Shown here in pieces: positions 26,950 to 32,000 of a stretch of 32,000 nt of DNA (within the stretch, counting starts at the first letter, position 1; every line of letters starts with the position of its first letter). The notes beneath the pieces were generated by a model, which worked only from the letters and a program-made list of their open reading frames with translations, ran no database searches and was not told the DNA's origin. The stretch is taken from NCBI RefSeq assembly GCF_000025945.1, contig NC_006138.1, positions 2,190,001 to 2,222,000 of the forward strand, read 5' to 3'. This stretch comes from Desulfotalea psychrophila LSv54. Lineage in GTDB: Bacteria > Desulfobacterota > Desulfobulbia > Desulfobulbales > Desulfocapsaceae. A program made the translations under genes and the position numbers.

Positions 26950-28017
26950 TTACTTTTCAGGAGCAGTCACTGCTATCTCGTCAAAGGTCGACATGTCGGT
27001 CAGTATCGCTTTGGCACCGTCCACAAGATTCATAGCCATGGCAGCACCTGTTCCCTCTCCCAAGCGAAAGTTGAGATCGAGGAGGGGACGCTTACAGCCA
27101 AGAAATTCCTGCATATGGACATGGCCCGGTTCTACGGAACGGTGGGCAAAGATGAGATAGTCCCTAACAAAGGGTTCTATTTTGGCGGCAATAAGGGCAC
27201 CTGCAGTACTGATGTAGCCATCCACAACCACAGGAATTTTCTTGGCGGCACAACCAATGATAAGCCCTGCGATACCACCTATTTCAAAACCACCGACCTT
27301 GGCAAGAATGTCCAGCCCGTCCTTGCTGTTTGGTTTATTGATTTCAATGCTTTTTTTGATAATATCAATCTTGGTCTGCAGCTCCGCATCGTTGAGTCCT
27401 GAGCCACGACCGGTTATCTCTTCCACGGTTTTTCCGGTACAAACAGCCGCAATGGCAGCAGATGGGGTTGTATTGCCAATCCCCATCTCACCAGTACCAA
27501 TGATATTATATTTGGTACTGAGGGCAAAGGCTACGTCGATTCCTCCCTCCACAGCCCGTACCGCCATGGCCCGGCTCATTGCCGGCCCCTTGGCAATATT
27601 ACCTGTACCAAGACCCACCTTCTTATTGATCAGTTTTTTCTGTTCAACCAGATCCCTGAGATCGGCATTAACGCCCATATCAACCACAAAGACATCGGCA
27701 CCGGCCGAGCGGGCAAGGGCGTTGACGCCTGCGGACCCGCCAATAATGGCATGCACCATCTGAACGGTTACCTCGGCCGGAAACTTACTCACACCCTCGG
27801 CTGCCACCCCATGATCGCCTGCCATGGTAACAATGGCTCTCTTGTCCACCAGTGGTTTTATTGTTCTCTGCATTCCGGCAAGATCAATAGCCAGGTCCAT
27901 CAAATCTCCCAGGGCCCAGTGGGGCATAACAAGATTATCAAGTCGGGCCTTTGCCGCATCGCGGCTATCTGAATCCTGAGGGAAAATTTCCAGTAAAGTT
28001 CTGTCGAGCAAGCTCAT
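26950..28017 (-). CDS. cobT: nicotinate-nucleotide--dimethylbenzimidazole phosphoribosyltransferase
   Basis: 355-aa ORF with GEMGIGNTT and a C-terminal LGEGTGA motif. An SD (GGAGG) lies 7 nt upstream. Confidence 0.92.
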   Translation of the reverse strand: MSLLDRTLLEIFPQDSDSRDAAKARLDNLVMPHWALGDLMDLAIDLAGMQRTIKPLVDKRAIVTMAGDHGVAAEGVSKFPAEVTVQMVHAIIGGSAGVNALARSAGADVFVVDMGVNADLRDLVEQKKLINKKVGLGTGNIAKGPAMSRAMAVRAVEGGIDVAFALSTKYNIIGTGEMGIGNTTPSAAIAAVCTGKTVEEITGRGSGLNDAELQTKIDIIKKSIEINKPNSKDGLDILAKVGGFEIGGIAGLIIGCAAKKIPVVVDGYISTAGALIAAKIEPFVRDYLIFAHRSVEPGHVHMQEFLGCKRPLLDLNFRLGEGTGAAMAMNLVDGAKAILTDMSTFDEIAVTAPEK

Positions 28018-28183
28018 AATAAGCCTCCATATAAATTATTCATTAAGGTCTAAGGACTCCGCTGGTTTTGAGGAGTGCCTGATCAATATCTATTCATTCG
28101 CTATTCGCTATTAGGGATCTGTGTCTATAACAAAAATAGTCCATTACAGCCAAAACTATTTGAGGGGATCGTTCCTTGAACGA

Positions 28184-28723
28184 CTATTTTATTTGCTGTG
28201 ATATTCCGCAGGTTACAAGGTAAACTTCAGAGGCGTTTTCGGCAATAAGCTGATTACAGATGCCCACCAAATCCCGGTATCTGCGAGCCAGGGCGTTATC
28301 CGGGACAATACCAAGCCCAACCTCATTGGTGACACAGATCACCGTGCCGGAAAGGAGCTCTACCTCGGCTAAAAAAAATTGGCACTGCTTTCGGAGTTGC
28401 TCGGTGGAGAAGGCTTTCCCATCCTGTTCATGGAAAAACATTAGATTATTTATCCAAAGGGTGAGGCAGTCAATGAGAACAACACCATCCTCGCCGTTTG
28501 AAGTCGCAATAGCCCGGGCAAGATCAAGCTCCTCTTCACAGGTAGTCCATCCTCTGCCAAGCCGTTCCTCTTTATGGAGACGAACCCGTTCCGTCAATTC
28601 ACCGTCCACCACAGGACAGGTAGCGACAAAGATTCGTCTCTCCGATTTTTTTTCGGCAAGATCAAGGGCAAAACTGCTCTTACCACTCCGACTGCCACCC
28701 GTTACCAGTATAAGTTCTGCCAT
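28184..28723 (-). CDS. cobU: bifunctional adenosylcobinamide kinase / adenosylcobinamide-phosphate guanylyltransferase
   Basis: 179-aa ORF with the P-loop VTGGSRSGKSSFA. Size and pattern fit CobU/CobP. Confidence 0.9.
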   Translation of the reverse strand: MAELILVTGGSRSGKSSFALDLAEKKSERRIFVATCPVVDGELTERVRLHKEERLGRGWTTCEEELDLARAIATSNGEDGVVLIDCLTLWINNLMFFHEQDGKAFSTEQLRKQCQFFLAEVELLSGTVICVTNEVGLGIVPDNALARRYRDLVGICNQLIAENASEVYLVTCGISQQIK

Positions 28724-28770
28724 TTTTCATTCTCTCTACAAATTTTTCATAATAAACCGATGAGATTCCT

Positions 28771-29400
28771 TCAGCCTGATATGGATTTATTAAAACCCGT
28801 TAAAACAGCACCAGTTTCATAGAGATCTACGCTGGCATAGTGGCCAACATCAAGTTTTAGCAGGGTGTAATTGTCAAGGGGGAGTCCCAGCAGGATGCAG
28901 AGAAGATGGCATATTACCCCGCCGTGAGCCACAACCATAATCCTTTCATCTGCACAGGTATTGAGCAGGGGAATGATCTGTTTCATCCGGGCCCGAAAGT
29001 CGGCAACAGATTCTCCACCGGGAAAAGAGAAGGTAGCAGGAGAGCTACACCAGAGATCAAACTCCTGTTGATATTTGGTGTAGACCTGATCAAAGGTCAG
29101 TCCCTCCCAGAAGCCAAAATCAATCTCTTTGAGCAGGGGGTGGTAAGAAACCTGATACTTGCCCGTTAATTCAGCCACCGTTTGCACACAGCGCAGCATG
29201 GGGCTGGCTATGATTCTGGTTGCTTCTTGCAGGGCCGGACTTGCCGCTACCGCCTGTATTTGCTCTACGCCTTGTGCGCTGAGTCCGCAATCCGTTGAAC
29301 CTACATATGTTCCCGTTAGCGGAGTATGGCCATGGCGAAGAAAGTATATTTTTTTCATATGATCTGCAATTGACAAACCCATCCTCTTGGCTAGGGGCAA
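28771..29400 (-). CDS. cobC: alpha-ribazole phosphatase (histidine phosphatase family)
   Basis: YFLRHGHT (RHG catalytic motif) plus cob-operon context. The true start may be ATG 29358 (MKKIYFLRHG) rather than 29400. Confidence 0.8.
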   Translation of the reverse strand: MPLAKRMGLSIADHMKKIYFLRHGHTPLTGTYVGSTDCGLSAQGVEQIQAVAASPALQEATRIIASPMLRCVQTVAELTGKYQVSYHPLLKEIDFGFWEGLTFDQVYTKYQQEFDLWCSSPATFSFPGGESVADFRARMKQIIPLLNTCADERIMVVAHGGVICHLLCILLGLPLDNYTLLKLDVGHYASVDLYETGAVLTGFNKSISG

Positions 29401-29437
29401 AGGGGATGGGTCTTAGGATGGCTCAGCAAGTAAAATT

Positions 29438-31193
29438 TTATGCTGTTTCAGCTAAAAGTTGGTTGAGGGCATTTTGGGCAAAGTCAAGGCTTGCATCAAG
29501 GCTTAAAGCTACGGTGAAAAATTCCACAGCTTCAACTTTATGACCGAGACGCATATAGTTTACCCCGACATTGGCGTAATCAATTCCTGAAGCAGGATTA
29601 AGCTCAATAGCCCGCTTAAAGGAGGAGATTGCCGTCTCATATTGTTCAAGCTTGAAGAAGCATACACCGAGGGTGTTATGCAGATCGGGTCGTTCCTCGT
29701 CAAAGAGCAGACCCTCCTGCAGGGCCTCTATGGCCTCTGCATAACGACCAAGGTCACGAAGACAGCAGCCCTTATAAGAATAAATATAGGGGACATCCTC
29801 TGCCTCTGGCTTCAGGGTCAGGGCCTTATCAAAATGGATAAGGGCTGCTTCGGCGTTGCCGGCTGCGACAAAATTTTTCCCCCGATAAAATTCAAGATAG
29901 TAGGCATCGGGTAAGAGGACACTCATCTCGCCTAATTTTACCTCCTGCTCTGCAGGATCTTCGATGCGTTCAACGAGGAGTTTTGCACAGAAGAGACCGG
30001 CATTACAGATCATTGAGCGTTCACGAAAATGGGCGCCGGGAATAATGGTATAGAGGGCAGGGATTTGCAGCTGGGGATGACAGACATCTATCATATAGAC
30101 ATCAAAACCATTGTTCTTCAGACTATCGAGGCAATTTTTCACTTCGGTATAGATATTATCATCTGAAATATCTACCATCTCGTCAATAGTCACCTGATCT
30201 GCTGTCTCGGTAAGATAGGTAACCTCGCTCATGGACAGAGGTTTAGGTAAACCGGAGGCTATATAATTGGAACCGGTATTGAAATCTCCTGCTAACTGAG
30301 CTACCTCGGTGATGGCTCGAATAATGGCCTTCTCCGGATTTGGAGTAGTACCTGCCGTATAGACAATTTCACTCTTTTCAGGGAAGGTTGAGCGATCAAT
30401 GGCCAGGGCACCAACGGAGGCAATTCCTGTCTCCAGGCTGAAATCATTGAGATATACTTCAATGTTATTTTTGGCAAACTTTTCAAGAAGCTCCACGGCT
30501 ACGGGATCTTTAATCGTCTCTACATCGATCTTTGCCGTTGGTAGTTTATCACGGTTAATTCGAGAGCAGACATCGCGCTCGACAATCTCACAGAGACCTT
30601 GAAGGGCGGCCTCTTCTTGGGTATTACCGGCTGAAGGGCCGTTGAACTCATTAATTGCAAAGAACCAGGAAAAGGGGATAAGAACCTCTCCTTCCTCACC
30701 TGTCATTTTGGTGGCCCAGGTCCACTGCATGGGAATACCGGCAAGAAGTTTTTCTAACTGAGCCACGGTGGTATGGGTATCGTGCACGGATTTAAGTAGA
30801 TGTTCCATGTCTAAGACGGGATAACCTGCTGCCCGCATCTCCTCATAGTCACCAAGCAAAAAATTATCTGCGTTTTTGCTAAATGAGAAAAAAGAGAATC
30901 TCTCGGCAAGTTCCATACAGGCAGATGCTTCGGATTGTATGGGCGAGGCACCCTTGCCCATCTGCTTCTTTGTCCCCGTATATTGAGAGGCATCATCGCC
31001 ACAGACGCTAAAATATACAGGAATATCTAAGCGTCCATTATCAATACGACGAACTTCACTGACTATATTTATATCGAGATTTTTCACCTTGGAATAAAAA
31101 CGTTCAAGGGTTTGTTCCCGGTGTAATTGCCTTGTCTTGATCGGTGGTAAATGTCTTATAGCAATCTTTTAATACTACTGGCTTTTTTTCCAT
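29438..31193 (-). CDS. YcaO-domain protein with a C-terminal TPR domain; the reading frame is interrupted near the 5' end by an apparent +1 frameshift at 31117-31119
   Basis: YcaO signatures are present: MGKGASPIQSEASACMELAERFSFF and SAGNTQEEAALQGLCEIVERDV (the E..ER and ERD ATP/Mg motifs). About four TPRs follow in the last roughly 170 aa. The uninterrupted ORF starts at GTG 31087. A 29-codon ORF from ATG 31193 in the adjacent frame supplies the missing conserved N-terminus. Confidence 0.75.
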
Positions 31194-31451
31194 TACTCTG
31201 CCTATTTCGTTAAGTCTAATAACTGTCTACTGCTAAATTCAGTAGTCATATACATACTCCAGGGATTCAGCCATGGACGGGCAAACAACAACTGGCCAAC
31301 TCAAAAAGATCATCTCTTTAAACCCGGAGGCTAAGTCGTACGGGCCATTGTCCACGCACAACATCATCATCAATGGGGCAAAAGGCAATCAATAATCCCC
31401 AAAAAAAACTTGGTCTCAGGAATAGATCGATACTCATAGAGGAGAGAACGC

Positions 31452-31937
31452 TTACTCCCCCTTCTCTCTATGCAAAAGAAATTCTTTTATCTTATGTCCC
31501 CAGGAACTTGCCTCTTTACAGGAGAAGCGCACAGCCCTGCTCTCTTCGTCTACAAAGCTTATCTGCAAATATAAACTCTGTTCAGGAATAAGATCATAGG
31601 CACGAGAGGGCCACTCTATAACGGTGAGTCCTCCACCATAAAAGTACTCCTCAAAACCAAGGTCTATTACCTCATCCTCCCCACCAAGTCGATAGAGATC
31701 CATATGATAGAGGGGGATTCGTCCCTGATATTCATGGAGGATGGCAAAGGAGGGGCTAGTCACATACTCCCTCGGATCAACTTCGAGGCCACGGGCAATA
31801 TACTGGGTCAGAGTTGTTTTACCAGCCCCTAAATCGCCCTCAAGACAAATGACATCGCCTGCCTCGGCCACATGTCCCAGGAAGAGTCCCAATATTTCTG
31901 TTTCAGCAAGAGAGCTAATATTATAAGAGAGGTCCAT
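31452..31937 (-). CDS. tsaE: tRNA threonylcarbamoyladenosine biosynthesis protein TsaE
   Basis: 161-aa ORF with the P-loop LEGDLGAGKTTL and a HMDLYRL motif typical of TsaE/YjeE. Confidence 0.9.
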   Translation of the reverse strand: MDLSYNISSLAETEILGLFLGHVAEAGDVICLEGDLGAGKTTLTQYIARGLEVDPREYVTSPSFAILHEYQGRIPLYHMDLYRLGGEDEVIDLGFEEYFYGGGLTVIEWPSRAYDLIPEQSLYLQISFVDEESRAVRFSCKEASSWGHKIKEFLLHREKGE

Positions 31938-32000
31938 ATTTTTTTTGACTTAAATTAAGTTTTACACACCTTGTGAGTTTAGATAAGGCTGGATGTCGCA

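Noticed and set aside
27242-27763. Long antisense ORFs opposite well-supported genes. Examples are 27242-27763 (+) in cobT, 28260-28763 (+) in cobU, 26464-26922 (+) in cobS, 13498-14025 (+) in the aminotransferase, 4061-4537 (-) in serC and 22617-23039 (+) in cbiB.
   Set aside because: Each lies entirely within a gene that has clear family motifs on the other strand. Their translations are low-complexity (Ser/Arg/Pro-rich) with no recognisable motifs. These are typical shadow ORFs.
31194-31451. A cobalamin riboswitch upstream of the ycaO-cob operon.
   Set aside because: I looked on the minus strand for the AGGGAA / GGTGAAATCC / CCCGCCACTG / B12-box series and did not find it. Only a loose GGCTGAATCCCTGG resemblance exists, and it is in the wrong order. 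A covariance-model scan is still needed.
1-32000. A window-wide look for CRISPR arrays, tRNA/rRNA genes, IS elements or transposases, integrases, toxin-antitoxin pairs and known defence genes.
   Set aside because: I saw no spaced direct repeats, no tRNA-like T-loop/acceptor structures in the intergenic regions, and no ORF with transposase, integrase or nuclease-defence motifs. Every large ORF is accounted for by housekeeping, signalling or cob functions.

Overview
Chromosomal window from a moderate-GC Gram-negative anaerobe. The gene content looks Desulfobacterota-like, but that is only an inference. Coding density is high and I saw no rRNA, tRNA, CRISPR array or transposase. The gene blocks in order are:
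- comEA-like, miaA, recJ (minus strand)
- trmL, serC, an uncharacterised radical-SAM gene, rlmN (plus strand)
- a lipid A neighbourhood: a Gfo/Idh/MocA oxidoreductase with lpxB (minus), lpxK and lpxC (plus), then a deaminase and a DegT-family aminotransferase
- panD, panC and a TPR membrane protein (minus), then xseA (plus)
- a periplasmic binding protein translationally coupled to a 988-aa multi-sensor histidine-kinase-like protein
- ndk
- a minus-strand cobalamin nucleotide-loop/cobinamide operon, in transcription order cobC, cobU, cobT, cobS, a cobD-cobQ fusion and cbiB, headed by a YcaO-TPR gene
- tsaE

Most worth a second look:
1. The YcaO-TPR protein at the head of the cob operon. Its conserved N-terminus can only be reconstructed across a +1 frameshift at a GGG run. 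Unannotated small ORFs lie just upstream.
2. The kinase has Tyr in place of the phospho-acceptor His (DivL-like). It has no adjacent response regulator.
3. The CobD-CobQ fusion is joined through a Lys-rich linker encoded by an A8 run.
4. A GnnA/GnnB-like enzyme pair sits among the lpx genes.
5. The serC terminator hairpin carries the only Shine-Dalgarno (SD)-like sequence for the downstream radical-SAM/rlmN pair.

No cobalamin riboswitch core was recognisable by eye.
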